Source: Convolutriloba macropyga (lineage: Eukaryota). Taken from it: a DNA stretch of 64,000 bases. The notes beneath the pieces are model-generated. The model made no database searches. It saw nothing but the letters and a program-made list of their open reading frames with translations, and had not been told where the DNA came from. Both the position numbers and the translations under genes were made by a program. This document shows positions 35,468 through 48,400 of the stretch, one piece after another (the stretch's first letter is position 1; each line of letters starts with the position of its first letter). Location: positions 62,248,001-62,312,000 of the forward strand of contig NC_134471.1 in assembly GCF_964194025.1 (NCBI RefSeq), read 5' to 3'.

Positions 35468-38400
35468 ATGGCTGATTAAACCCATTGTCCACTCTGCAAG
35501 GGTCCCCTACGTAGGGGAGGCGTGTGGTGTCATACGTGTTATAAATATTTTTACGTGAAATGCAGTGGCCTAGCCGCAGCGAAAGAGTGGAACGAAAACT
35601 TCAGCTGCAAAAGCTGCTCTGCGGTCACCGCAGCCACCGAAGCAGCAATCGCAACGCCGGCACCACACAATGATTTGACCGTTCCCGACACTGCACTTAA
35701 AAATCCTGCAACATCGCAAGCCCCCGAACGTTCCGTCGCCGCACCATCGGATAATTTTTGGGATAACTTCCAGCCTCATCACACGGTAACAGTGCGCGAA
35801 ATAAACCGCGAGGTCGTCACATGGAAGCCCTCGTTCTTCACGCTAAGTAAGAACAAGATAGGGGAACAGTTCGCCGAAGCGCTTCACACTGTCCTCTCCC
35901 CGATTGCCGTAAACACGGATAGATCCGATATATTTCTGACCCTCTGAATGATACTTCCGCACATAACTCTCAGTCGAACAAAGAACACGGACGATGGATA
36001 GATCTATAAGACCATCAAGCGTGGACTGCGTGCATGGCACAGCTGCAATTTCTCAGAACTGTTCTGTGAAGCGAAGGCAATCCAAATGAGAATGAATTCA
36101 AGGATTAAAACGCAACACTCTGACCTCAAGATGTTCAACAATTTCATTTCTTGTGGTAAGATCAGTAATTGCTATTCGCGTTCTTTTGGATGAGCATAAA
36201 GGCGGTGTGCTCGCACCTACTGATCTCATAGACGGTAGACCGGTCCTCGAGATTTTACGCGACAAACATCCTGAAGGGCAACCCCTGGAGCCCAACTCCA
36301 TTCAGAGACAACATCCACGCACGCTTCCCTACCATCCCGCTGTTTTTGACAACATAAGTGCTAGGCTTGTCCGAAAGCATGCAATGAAGACTCATGGCAG
36401 TGCTGGGCCTTCAGGTCTTGATGCCGATGACTGGCGTACACTGCTTTTGTGCAGACCTCCACGAACCTGTGCAAGCTTGTTGCCAATTTTGCTAAGAGGC
36501 TGGCCACGTCCATATTACCACCAGATGATTTGATTGCATACAATGGTTGTCAACTAGTGGCTCTGGATAAATGTCCAGGTGTGAGACCTATATTTATTGG
36601 GGAAGTAATGCGTCGTATCACCGGACGCATAATAGTCGACTGCATCAAGCAAGATTTAACATCCCTCGGTGGAAACATGCAGCTGTGCCTGGGCCAGAAA
36701 TGCGGCATAGAACATGCCATACATTCGCTTCGCCACAGTTTTAATGATCCCGAAAACGAAGCAATTCTACTAATTATGCCAAAAACGCATTTAATGTGCT
36801 CAATAGACGAACAGCATTAGAGAACGTGAAAGCCTTATGCACATCATTGCATGTTGCCTCACAGAATTCCTATAGCCATCCGTCTCATCTACATGGGCAA
36901 GTCGACCATTCTGTCCCAGGAAGGTACGTTACAAGGTGATCCCCTTGCGACGGCAATGTATGGAATCGCCATCCTACCCCTAACATAAAGACTTCACAAT
37001 GACTCCTTGACACAAAAATGGTATGCTGATGATGGTAGCGTCGTCGGTAAGTTGAAAGATATCAGGGCACTCTTCGACCAGCTCACTCAGCTTGGACCCA
37101 AGTAGGGATATTTTGTCAATCCTCCGAAGTGTCAGCTGATAATTAAGCCAGGAGGCGAGCGTCAAGCGTCAACTGAGTTTGCAGACACAAATGTGCAAGT
37201 CACGCTGGGCGCTCGAGTCCTGGAATCAGTTATCGGTGGCTCTGAGGCCAGTAAAAATTTCCTGAAAGATGCAGAAATTTAATACAAAAAAGTTTGGACA
37301 GACTTGGTCAATTTGCTCTCACCTCTCCCCAGAATGCCTATGCATGTTTGACGAAGGGGGTTCAACAGAAGTTGAGCTTTCTCTCGCGTACTACACCCTC
37401 CATGGACGCGGTTCTGGACAAGGTAGAGGAGCGGCTTGGCCGAGTCATACCCAACATCGTCGCAAAGAAATAATCCAAGAAGAAATAGAACTTTTTTCTC
37501 TCCCTCTTAGAATGGGTGAGCTTAACATCGCCCTCCCACAAAATCTTCATAAAAATCTTGAGAAATCAATTGAACTCTAACTCCATTGGCGTCATTTAAT
37601 AATGATTCATTCGAAATTCAACAAAGTGAATTAGAACAAACCAAGATCAGTCTCAGACAGAAAGCAGACATGTAACGCCAACGCATCTCAAAAAAATCCA
37701 GAATCAAAAACAATCTACCAGAAATGAGGTATACCATCCAGCTGGCCTCGGAGAAAGGAGCATCTAGCCGGCTTAACGCGCTTCCGTTATCAAAACATGG
37801 TTTTGAACTCACGAAGACAGTTCCGTGATGGAATAGCACTTCGCTACACCTGGGAAGCGAAGAACACACCAGCTATATGCCCATGCGGGAAAGATTTTAG
37901 CCTCACGCATGCCCTTCATTGCGCCAAAGGCGGGTATACGCATCTACGACACAACGAAATCAGAGACGTGTTTGCAAACCTGATGGATGACGTTTGCCAC
38001 GATGTCCAGATAGAGCCAAAACTTCAGACGCTCGATGGAAAAATTTGCTCGAGTAATTGCACCACTACTGATGATGACGCTCGACTGGATATCAAGGCAA
38101 ACGGTCTGTGGGGCTCCCGCTTTAATCGCACTTTCTTCGATGTGAAAATTTGCAACCCTCACGCGAAGAGCTGCCCTAAGACCATAAAAGATACATACAA
38201 ATATTACGAGAGCATCAAGCGAAATAAGTACGAAGAGCGAATCCGCGAAACTGAACGCAGCAGTTTCAACGCACTGAGTTTTGCTTGCTCGGGTGGTGCT
38301 GGGCCATCAGCATCGCGCGTTATGAAACAACTCGCAACCAAGATCCGCGAAAATCGCGGAGAGCCGTACGCCGACTCTATAAGTTACATCCGAATGAAAA

Positions 38401-38519
38401 TCAGCTTCGCAATTCTGAGGAGCTGTGTTCTCTGCTTGAGGGAATGTTGCGCCCTCAAGCCTCGTGTTCTCAGTGAGAGTTCGATTAGTACCGTCGTGGA
38501 GGAGGGAAGGCTGCACTGA
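35468..38519 (+). pseudogene. ORF2 of the CRE-like element (PHD + RT + zinc knuckle + RLE), frameshifted
   Basis: ATG at 35468 in frame with CPLC...WCHTCYKYFYVKC...FSCKSC. ORF fragments at 35522, 36153, 36449, 37269 and 37797 chain into one polyprotein. Confidence 0.85.
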
Positions 38520-38837
38520 GTGTTTGGCTGCTTTACTTTATTCCTTTGCCCATTCCTTGATATCCTATTTTTATTTCAATCCTTCCTTACCAGTTCCTTT
38601 TGTGTGCCATTTATATGAATAGGTGCTTTCCTCTCCACTTGTTTGTTATTTTTGTGACTGGGCCGTCTTTACACTGTCTGGAGGGGAACAGCTTGGAGTG
38701 CAGCATCCGGCTAATTGCTACTCATCATCCCGTATGTTCCAACCTACATCCATCGTTGCCGGATGGTGCACACGGTCCTTATATTTTACTATAAGAAATA
38801 GATAGAAAGAAGATAAGAAAGTAAGAGAAAGAAGAAA

Positions 38838-39997
38838 TTTAAGATGTTTTTACATTTTTTTTCGGATGACTTTTTAGCTTTCGAAACAGGATATACTGGT
38901 TAAGCTCGGTTGGCATTAAGTTGCAATAGAGAGCATAGGCGGACTTTAGTGGTCCTTTAAGTGTTTAATGTGCAGAAGTTGCTAGCAGTGTCTCAGTTCA
39001 AGGTGAAAAGTCCCTTGGAGTTTTTGACCACAAAATTGTCCTGTTTTTCATACTTTTGTCTTTTTTTGAGATTTTTCATAAACGAGTGTTCAATTGTCAT
39101 TGGCTAAAGCTCCTAGTAGTCGTCTGCCAGCTAGAAAAGCTTTTCAACAATCTTTTTTGAGGTATCTGTTTTAGTAATTCGTACTTAATTACAAAAATTT
39201 GTAGTAATTTTTGCGAGTTTTATGGAATCTTTTTGGTTTCTTTTCATGTTTTTCGATCTTTAAGGGCCAAAGAATCTTTAGAGCTTGAAGATGGGTTAAT
39301 TGGTAGTCGTAGGTGAAAAATTGAATTTTAAAATTTAAATGTGAGGTTTTTGGAGTTTTTTGATCTTGAGATGCCGATGAAGCTTTTTGTGAGCTCGAAG
39401 AAAGGACACTGGATAAATTTTGTGGCTTTTTTGTTTTGAAGTTATGACTCTCTGGAACTTTAGCGAACTTTAGCAAACTTAGTCAATTTTACATGTTTTT
39501 TAAAGATGACAGCCATTTGTGGAGTGTTCCGATTTCTAAGGACCAATGAACTTTTTTTACGGGTTTTAAGATGATTACTTTTGTGACAACTAAATTGTTT
39601 CTAAAATATTAATCCGGGGAGTTTATGCAAATTTTTACTAGAGTTTGCTATTTTTGAAAGTTTGTCATTTGTGGGGTTCTTCGATCTTTAGGGGCCGGTG
39701 TATCTTCTCGAGGGCTTGAAGATGGGTTACTGAATAGTTTTTTGTGACAACTGAAAACCTCAGAAAATATTAATGTGAGGAATTTTAGTAATTTTTCTTA
39801 AAAATTTGCCCTTTTTCATGCTATTAAAACTTCATTCTCTTTTCAGTTTGTCAATCATGAAACTTTTCCAAGCTTGTTTCTGTGTTAGTTGATAAGTTTT
39901 TTGCGTAAATTTGGTTTTCTGAGGACATTGGCTTAAAAATTTTGGCTTTCTATCCAATTTATTACGAATTTTGTCGCTTTTTTCCTCTCTTTTATGT
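38838..39997. repeat. ~1.16-kb direct repeat, right copy (X')
   Basis: Diverged copy of 33332-34501, directly abutting the element tail. Confidence 0.9.
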
Positions 39998-40419
39998 GCA
40001 AGCCGAATTCTGCTGACCTGTAATTTAATTATTCTCTAGATCTTTGCAGGGATTAATTGGCCTTGACGACAAATATGTGAATATTTCGTAAGCAATAAAA
40101 GACAACTTTTGAAGTTTTTTGTCTATATTGTCAATTTTCCTGAACTCAAGTTGTCAATAAAGATTTTTTTGACCTTGTTGCTGGCTTCTTGCGCAAAGTG
40201 AAAGAGTAGTGTTTTTCTTTTTGAAGAAATTGACATCAGAAAGTTGAAGCGTATCTGCAGCGCATTTGATAAAGAACGGTATTTAACGTTTTTATCCTAG
40301 ATGTGTTTGTTTCCTAGAAGTGTTTACGCAGTTGGGAGTGTTATACGTTCTGAATAGCACGGCCTCACGAAACAAAAATCACAGTCACTCGAATGATTCT
40401 CTGTTTAAGTGCACTCCTT

Positions 40420-41472
40420 AACAATCTGGACACCGACACTCTTGCAACAATCTATTTGGACTTTGAAGAAGCCTTCGATAGAGTTTGCCGGGGGAAGTTA
40501 ACTGAGAAATTACACGACTATGGTGTAATGGGAGGAGCTCTGGAGTTGATTGAAAGCTAACTGCAGGGACGGAAAAAAAGTGTCCGAATAGGAAACGCAG
40601 TGTCATCTGGGCTCGATTTTCAAAGTGGATTGCCACACGGCTCAGTACTAGGCCCCTTCTTTTCGTTCTTCATCAACGATCTGCCTCAATGCGTAATGTC
40701 TGATTGCTATGGCTATGCTGACGACTATAAAATTGTTGGCACCAACAAACGTCAACCGCCGTTGCGAAAAGGCGTTGAAAGCTTTCTTCACCATCAAAAA
40801 GAACGTTACAAGAGCAATAGCCTGGCAAGCAAAGAGAAATCTGTATCGGAGCTATATCGTACCAATCCTCTCATACGGGTCAGTTCTCTGGAAATCAAGC
40901 GAACAGGGTCTAAAGAAAGTTGAAGCAATCCAGATGAAAGCCAGGAAATGGATTTTGTCCACCGGACAACTGGCATACACAGACAGACTGCGCAGGCTAG
41001 ATATCCTTCCTCTGTCGCTCTATCATGAGCTCCACGTGCTATTGTTTTTTCTGGACATTTTCAGTGGCAGATACATTGATTGGCAAAAATTCTTACAGGT
41101 TACCGAACAGCTTGACCAGAACACAATAACGGGAGATACAAGACTTTTCAAGACCAGGAATATCTTGAGACAAACAGGAGAGCGACTTCTGGACGAAAGG
41201 CGTATACCTTGCGAACCTCATTGGTCGAAAAGTTGGTCAAAGTTTCGACTCTATTCTAGCCGCAAGCAGAAAGAAGAAGATAAAAGAGTTCTACACAAGT
41301 TTCTTCACCGAAGTTCACGATCCTGAAAATGTGTGCACACAGAGATTGTCTTGTCTATGTGCACTTTGCAGAAATCTTATTAAGCTGAAATAAACTCTTT
41401 GACAAAACAAACTCCGGAAACATTACTTCCCTTGGATGCTGACTCTAAATTCTATTATTATTGTTATTATTT
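40420..41472 (+). mobile_element. Truncated, internally deleted CR1-group LINE
   Basis: IYLDFEEAFDRV, SGLPHGSVLGP..FINDLP..YADDYK, LYRSYIVPILSYGSVLW, YTDRLRRLDILPL; (ATT)n tail at ~41454-41472. Confidence 0.83.
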
Positions 41473-42495
41473 CGAATGACGTTTGTTTTCTAAATTTGTG
41501 AAACTATTTTTCCTTTTGATTCGTAATGATCTTTTGGTTTGCTGGTCAGATGGTTGACTGCTTAGTTTTTCTTTTATTTATTTGGATTGTTTTTCAGGAC
41601 TTGCTATGTTTTTCATTTACTGCTAGAGCATAAAAATTTTGATCTATTCTGTTACCAAGCTTAGTGGGATTATAAATCTTACACCGATATGCGCACGTGC
41701 TACTTTTTAACGTGTTATGTGACAATATATAAAGTTATAAATTGAAGGCATAAAAGCACTGGAGGGGAGAACAAAATAGATCGAAACTTATATGCAGGTT
41801 AGTACTCTCTCTGATTGTCTTCCTTTTAAAATATAATAGCCTCAACGTATCTCGAATAATATTACCTTTCATGCTAAATTAGGTTTCTGTATTTCGCCCT
41901 GGTTACACAACTTAACAACATCTCATTTTTAACAATGCTGATAGCTTACTTTAGTCATTTTATATGATGCCAGTTATTGATAGAGCCAAATAACGTTACT
42001 TGTGAGATATACATCTCTGGTTGCTATTTTAATTAACAGTCTTAGATTTGGCCTTACAGTAGCAGGCAGGATGTTTCCAAAGTACAACTATAGTAAAGCA
42101 ATTATATAGCTGCTAAAACGGGAAAATTAAATTAGTTTAAAACTTTTTAGGTCAATTAAGCCTTTTTGATCAGTTGACTCGTTTTGAAGAATATCACGCC
42201 CCTATACCCTTTAGACTGAAAATTTAATGCTTGTATCAGAAGCGAGGTCAAAAAAATTTTAGGTGGTGGTGCGGACTTCCTGGTATTGATATAACGGGGT
42301 GCAGTAGTTCTTTGCCCCAATTGAACTTTACGAGACCATAAAGTTAATAAATGCGCCAGTAGTATTCAACTGTTCTGGTTTCTCCGTTTTGAAAAACCAA
42401 CTATCATACCCTTTCACATTAGTCTGTTAGCAAAAGCAAGTGAGATTAAACTGCGTATTTATAACCATATTCCAGAGGCACAGATTGTTTCAGAT

Positions 42496-45400
42496 ATGGT
42501 TACCAATGACGCAGAGTCTCAGTTTTCGCTTGTGTTTAGTGGAAATTTGCATAAACCGCTCACTAAACTGTCTAATGCAGTAGAAAATTGGGAACAGAGT
42601 CAATGGAGGAAAATCTTGAAAGGTAAATCTCGAAAATCTTCAAAAAAAATGTAATCTTTATTGTACATTTCAATACAACAAATGCTCTGTCATTTGAAAA
42701 CTTCGTTGTTTTAGTTGTGACGGTAGCTTTGATGACAGATGACCTCAGCGATGAGCAATTACTAGTTATAGAAAACGAGACTGAACAGACTGTCTTTCTT
42801 GCTCTTCTAGACATTTGCCAACAAACACTTGCTTTTTCTCCCCAACTTTATCGACAAGAAAATCTTATTAAAGATTTAACCACTCTAAATTTACCGAATG
42901 CCCTTATTGAAGATATCGCTCAGTTGTTGTTTGTTGCAAGACGCGAAGAGTTAACGAATGCTATTGTGGAAAATGGTCCCGCTGTCAAAAGACTAGAGGA
43001 TGTAAAATTCAGAATTGATATCATCTTGTCAAACAAGTAGGTTATTTTTTTGCTCGCAAAGATGAAACAGTGAATATAAGGAAACGTTCTATAAGGAAAG
43101 TGTTGGCTGGTTTCCACAATGATTTTTTATAGGTGTATGGCTTCTGGCAGTTAAAATCGCTAAAGCGTTTTGTTATCGATATATGGGTTTGAAAGCCGTC
43201 TGCCATAAGCACTGGTACCTGCACCACAGTTTTAACCCCAAATTTTGCTCTGTTAACTGTTCTTTCTACTTCCGCAAAACACATACAAATAATAGAAACC
43301 AATTGCACCCATAAGAAAGAAGACTGCAGTAAAACAGATCGTGAGATCATAAGAAGAGTACTATTCTTACACAGCGAGAAAACTTTCACCAGAAGTTCAT
43401 GTATTGTTCAAAAAAGCACTAAAAGAATAAAGTAATGCCGTTTTAGATGGCCAATGAAACCTGCCATTAATGAAAATACAAGACACACTTAAATGCCAAA
43501 TAACAAACATTAATTACAGCCAAAAGGTCACGTCTATTATTAAAAGAAAACACGATAACAAAGTGAACATGTCATCAGATATCAGATAAAACCTAAACAA
43601 AACAAATTAATCTGCGCTGCAATGAAAGGACCTACCATAAATAATACTTCGCAACAATTCGACAAAAAGCAGCAGAAAGGGCGAAATTCCAAAGGTTTCC
43701 ATTTTTGAAGACCAAAATTTTGGTTAAAATCATTAGGTATTAACTGAAATCACTAAAAAAAGTTTGTTTATTCCTTTCGAGATATAATAGTGTGAGCAAT
43801 TGGGACCTGTTTCTTTATACCCCTTGAGGAAGCAATTGAGATCTGTCATTGTCCACAATTTTTAATACGACTACAAGAAGAACGAAAAAAAGCAAAGTTA
43901 AAAAAAATCCAATTGTTTTAAAAATTTAAAACCAAAAATAATTCATTGAGAACATCCAATAAGTTCAATTGCATTTTTTTCAACTCAAATGAGACCTCAC
44001 CATTAGCGTGGTCTTGTGGCAATAAAACAAAAGAAAAACTCAAAAATTGGCTGATATCCTGAAATAGCCTTTTTTAAGATTAAAAATACGTAGTCAAATT
44101 AGAAAAATTACATTTTTCATGAAAAAGGCTTATAATTACGGGGTTTGAGCTCTCTGGAAAGAGGATGGGACCTGTGTTTAAGGATACTCACTAAATGGAC
44201 AGAAGTAATAAGAAAAATTATGAAGATCAAAAGTTCGTCGATTTTTTTAAATCAAATATTTTCCAAAAATTGTAAAAACCATAAGCTTTTTTAAAACAAA
44301 AACAGATAATCTGGCAACTCCTTAGAAAGCCAATTGAGCTTGTTTTAGTGAAATTAAGTGAGAAGGCAAAAAACAAACACGGACAGAACTTCAGAATTTC
44401 ACCAAAAAATTAACGAATAAGAGTATTGAAACGATTAAAACTATGGGACATTGAAAACCAAATAAATCTTAGAATCATTGGAAGAATTTTCTTATGTCTG
44501 GTTCAACAAAAAGTTGATATGAGCAGTCATTTATAGGACTGCGGTACATGATAGAAAAATCAAGAAGAAATGGGGTAGGTTCAAGAATCCCTTTTTTATT
44601 TCCATCATAAATCCCGTTTTATTTTCATAGTCATTAAAGCCATTAGCTATAAACTCAAATTGTTAAATTGGTTCATTTGTGGATCTAAAGTAGAATATAT
44701 TGAACAGCTACAAAAAGGAATGACAAATACTGTTAAAAACTAAATATTCAATTAAGCTTTGAGAGAACAGTTTCGCAGCCGTCAAAACCAGAAACTCAAA
44801 AACTGTTCTGTGCATTTTCTAAATGCCAATTTAACCTGTCATTAATATGACAATTTTCTAAGTAAGGAAAAAGAACCTCAAAAAGGGGCAAAAATTTAAA
44901 AACCACAAAGTTTTTTCCCAAAAACTGGTACTACCAAAGCCAGGAAACTATTAGTTTGGGAAACGAATGCGGACAAAACAAGAATTCATATGTTTACAAA
45001 AACGCTTTGCAACCCAATAAATACAATGGTATCATCATGTAAACCTAATATATATCATGTTCATCAGGACTTGTTTTCCTGTAACATTTATTGAATTTAT
45101 TGTCTTTGGTCCTCTGCGTTTTGTTTGTCAATTAATTATCTTGACACAATCACCGATTATTGAGGATGAGGTGGTAACCCTATATTTTCTCTAGTTAATA
45201 AAAGGAATTGGCGTTCCTAGTTAAGTAAAGGAATTCTTGTCACAAAATCAGATTAAATTAAAAACTAGAAAATGAAAAATCCTAAACATCGAAGGACAAT
45301 GCTATTGAACCAGGATTTAGAAACAACAGAAATCGCAATGGCTCAAAAATGTTTAACTGGTCGCAAATGGCGTTTCTAAACGAAAATTAGCAAATTTGAA

Positions 45401-48400
45401 CAATTTCAACGAGTTGGAATCTGCACACGGATTACCCTGAGGACTCGACTACTGCTATTTCTTAGACTTTTTGTTCAAAAGGTTATGTAGTTTTTAGTTT
45501 TGAAATTCTGTTTTTTGTTTTTGAATAAAAGCAAGCATGATGAAAATGCTTGAAAATTCCCTCATGTATATATTTGAGACATTTCTGTTGCAATAATGCA
45601 GTTAATTGCAAATATAGTACGAATTGTCATTTGAAAGGATTTTTCGATGTTCCTTTTATGTTCGCATTTAGTTTAATAGGCATTGTGCTGAGGGTCGGCG
45701 GTCGTTAAAAAATGCAGTCTTTGCAAATTTTTTGGTTTCGTTGCGTTAACTAGCATTCACTAGCAGATATTGATAAGGAAGGTTTCGTAGAATTCATTTG
45801 GTCATCGTTTAGAAACGAATTCTAAGATGAAATCTTTCTGGCTTATTATTTGTCAAATACAAATATGGGAACGTTCTATTCCATGAACAGATTATCACGA
45901 GCGTTTTCTCTCTTTCTTGGGAATATTCTGAATATATTTAGATTTTGGCCTGTTGAGAATTCAAAGATTTTTGAAAATATTTTTTTTCGACATTTCTAGG
46001 AACAAGGACTAGCATTTTGGTTAAATTTTTTAAAAGCCGTTATGTTTTCGTTTTTTTCAGCTAGTCGTTCTAGAATTCAGATGTGTTCACCTTTTAGTTT
46101 CTTTCTAAACTGGATAGAAGAGATGTGTATAGAAGAGAGGTTCTTAAAATTTTGCTCGAAATTAGATCTAGATGTTGCTTTCTGAAGTCTCCGTTCAAGA
46201 TGCTTAATTGCTCTCGGATAAAGTTTGAAGCAGTTATTCTAAATATGTGTTTTTATGCAACATTTTCGCGTGACCAATTTCTTCGAGAACATTCTTGCGA
46301 TTACACTCCTCAATTGACTTGTTCACGCTTGACTTCTAATTTCTTATAGTGATTTGAATTGCGCGCTGACTGGGAGCTCGAGAATAAAATAGCATTCAAA
46401 AATGCTTAGCCCTAACTTGGCTTTCAATGAATTTTCCTCGAACCTTCCTGGAGGCACTTTCCGAAGAAATTTTGTCTGCTGTTCGTTGAATTGTCACTTA
46501 GTTGCTTTGTGTTCTCAGAAAAAATGATTAAGTGGGGAAACTGCAAAAAACTATGGGTTTGGCTTCTGTAAGAGGAAACTTTTAAAATTAGCTTTCTGGT
46601 GATTAGAAGACCTTTATTGCGAAATTGGTGTGTAATTGTAAATCGAATGCAAATTTCATATATACCGAATGACAAAAGTAAATTTGTACCCAACAATTTA
46701 ACGAAAATTTTGATTTCTGGTCTATTTTTGCTCCAATATATACGCAGTTTTTCGAAACGTCTTTAAACCACTGTTGCCTCCGCTAGTACTCCAATACACC
46801 TCAATTTCCGAGAATTTCAGATGCGGCTTGCTTGTAACATCAGTTTGTTTGGCTCCATCTAATTTTCTCATGTGTTCAATAGTTTTTTTTTGTTCAGCCG
46901 ATATTGATTAGGCATTTGCTTATAAACTAAAAAAAATTATTTTCAAAAATTTATCAGTTAGTTTCTTCGATTTTGTGTACATTTCTTAGCTAATTTTAAA
47001 ACGCTCAAATTCTTGAGGTATATCTTTTTGATTATACTTCAAATATATCCGAGAGTATTAAGAGGAAAGCAGAGACGTGTGATTCTCCTTGTTGCTGTCA
47101 GAAATTTAATGTACATGTTGAAGTCTCACACAATGCCTAATTGATGTTTAACCGTTTCATGTTTTCAGAGTAAGTTTTTAAATCTCAAGCTTGTTGAACT
47201 AGTTTTGAGAAAGTGTTTTGATTTTTAAAAGTTGGAATATTTTTCTGTTAAAATGAATGTCATACAGTTTAATTTCTCTCGAAAATTATTCGAGTGGCTT
47301 CTATCACGCCTGATTTTAGTCATCTAAATTGCTCTCTCATTCTTATCTTTAAGCAGTTGAACTCAAAATTGAGCGGCAGCTTTCAGCCGAAATTTCAAAT
47401 GAAAAGTCAGTCCAAATTGGTTTCATTTTAATTAAAAATCTCACCAGTGCTCTATATAACCTCTATAATGTCTTTTGTAGCCACTTAGTAAATCTGTTGT
47501 CCCGGTACTCAGTCTTCGGACATTAGTCGGTTGTTTTAAATCAGCTAAATATAAATGAAACTTTAATCAGTAATAATTGATAAGTTCACTTTTGAGCTCA
47601 GATAATGAAATTTCAAAATTTTACAATTCCACAAAACTTCAGCTATATCGTCAAGAACCATGAGTGCGTTGAGTTTATCTATGATGTTTGACTGTTAGAT
47701 TCCATTAGAATGTGACCTATGTTTTGTAATTTTCCATCAAAGTCTATTGCCACCTGTGCTCAGTTGGTTCGTCCCTGCCCGTAGAGCTTTTGCTTTTCCC
47801 AGTAATTACTGGCTTAGTAGGGTCAAAGGTGAATACCGCAGTTATTAGAGTCAATTCAATGCGACAATGGGCCTAGGCAACCTTTGGAGGAGAGTTAACG
47901 TCAATTTTGATTTTTTTTGCATAAAAGTTAGAAAATTTTCTACTCTTGAAGTTGATTCCGTAATGTTCAACATGTTTCATGTGACATAGAACTCAAAACT
48001 GTACGGGGGAGCACTTGCACAAATTCTTAATTCTCAATTATTCTCAAGCTCTCAAATATACTTGTTCCCTAAATATATTTCTTGTCTGTTTTTCGTATTA
48101 CTCGAATTCGCTTATTCATCAATTTTCAAAAACCTATTTGTTGTAGAGACAGGGCAGTGTTAATTAGGTCTTAGGACCTTGTTTACTGTCCTCTCTGATG
48201 ATCATTCATGTTACGATTGTGTGATTTGTATAACAATTATACTTAAAGATATAATTTTGTAACATAATTTATCAGATAATTTAATTCTATCTTTCTTTTG
48301 ATCACTTCATAAAACTGTTTCAGCCGGGTGAAAAAAGTGTTGCAGCCTCGCGTGACAATCGCGCTTACTCTCTCTGATGGATCTGTGAAACATATCGAAG

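Larger units (their letters stand above)
34502..38837 (+). mobile_element. CRE-clade (RLE-type) non-LTR retrotransposon, near full length, decayed: SGNH-like ORF1 + PHD-RT-CCHC-RLE ORF2
   Basis: ORF2 motifs GSAGPSGLDADDWR, LVALDKCPGVRPI.IGEVMRRI, QLCLGQKCGIEHAIH, SQEGTLQGDPLA, WYADD (37019-37033), CPCG..HALHC, RHNEIRD, RLDI, FFDVKI, KRNKY. Purine-rich 3' tail. The 5' boundary is approximate. Confidence 0.88.

Noticed and set aside
33121-39997. LTR retrotransposon (1.4-kb 'LTRs' around an RT)
   Set aside because: The RT is non-LTR CRE type with RLE. No integrase, protease or TG..CA termini were seen. The repeat resolves into a truncated copy with its own TSD plus a duplicated flank.
47481-47560. 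Candidate COMMD5 exon (PLSKSVVPVLSLRTL)
   Set aside because: Wrong splice phase; 48324-48399 fits both phase and homology far better
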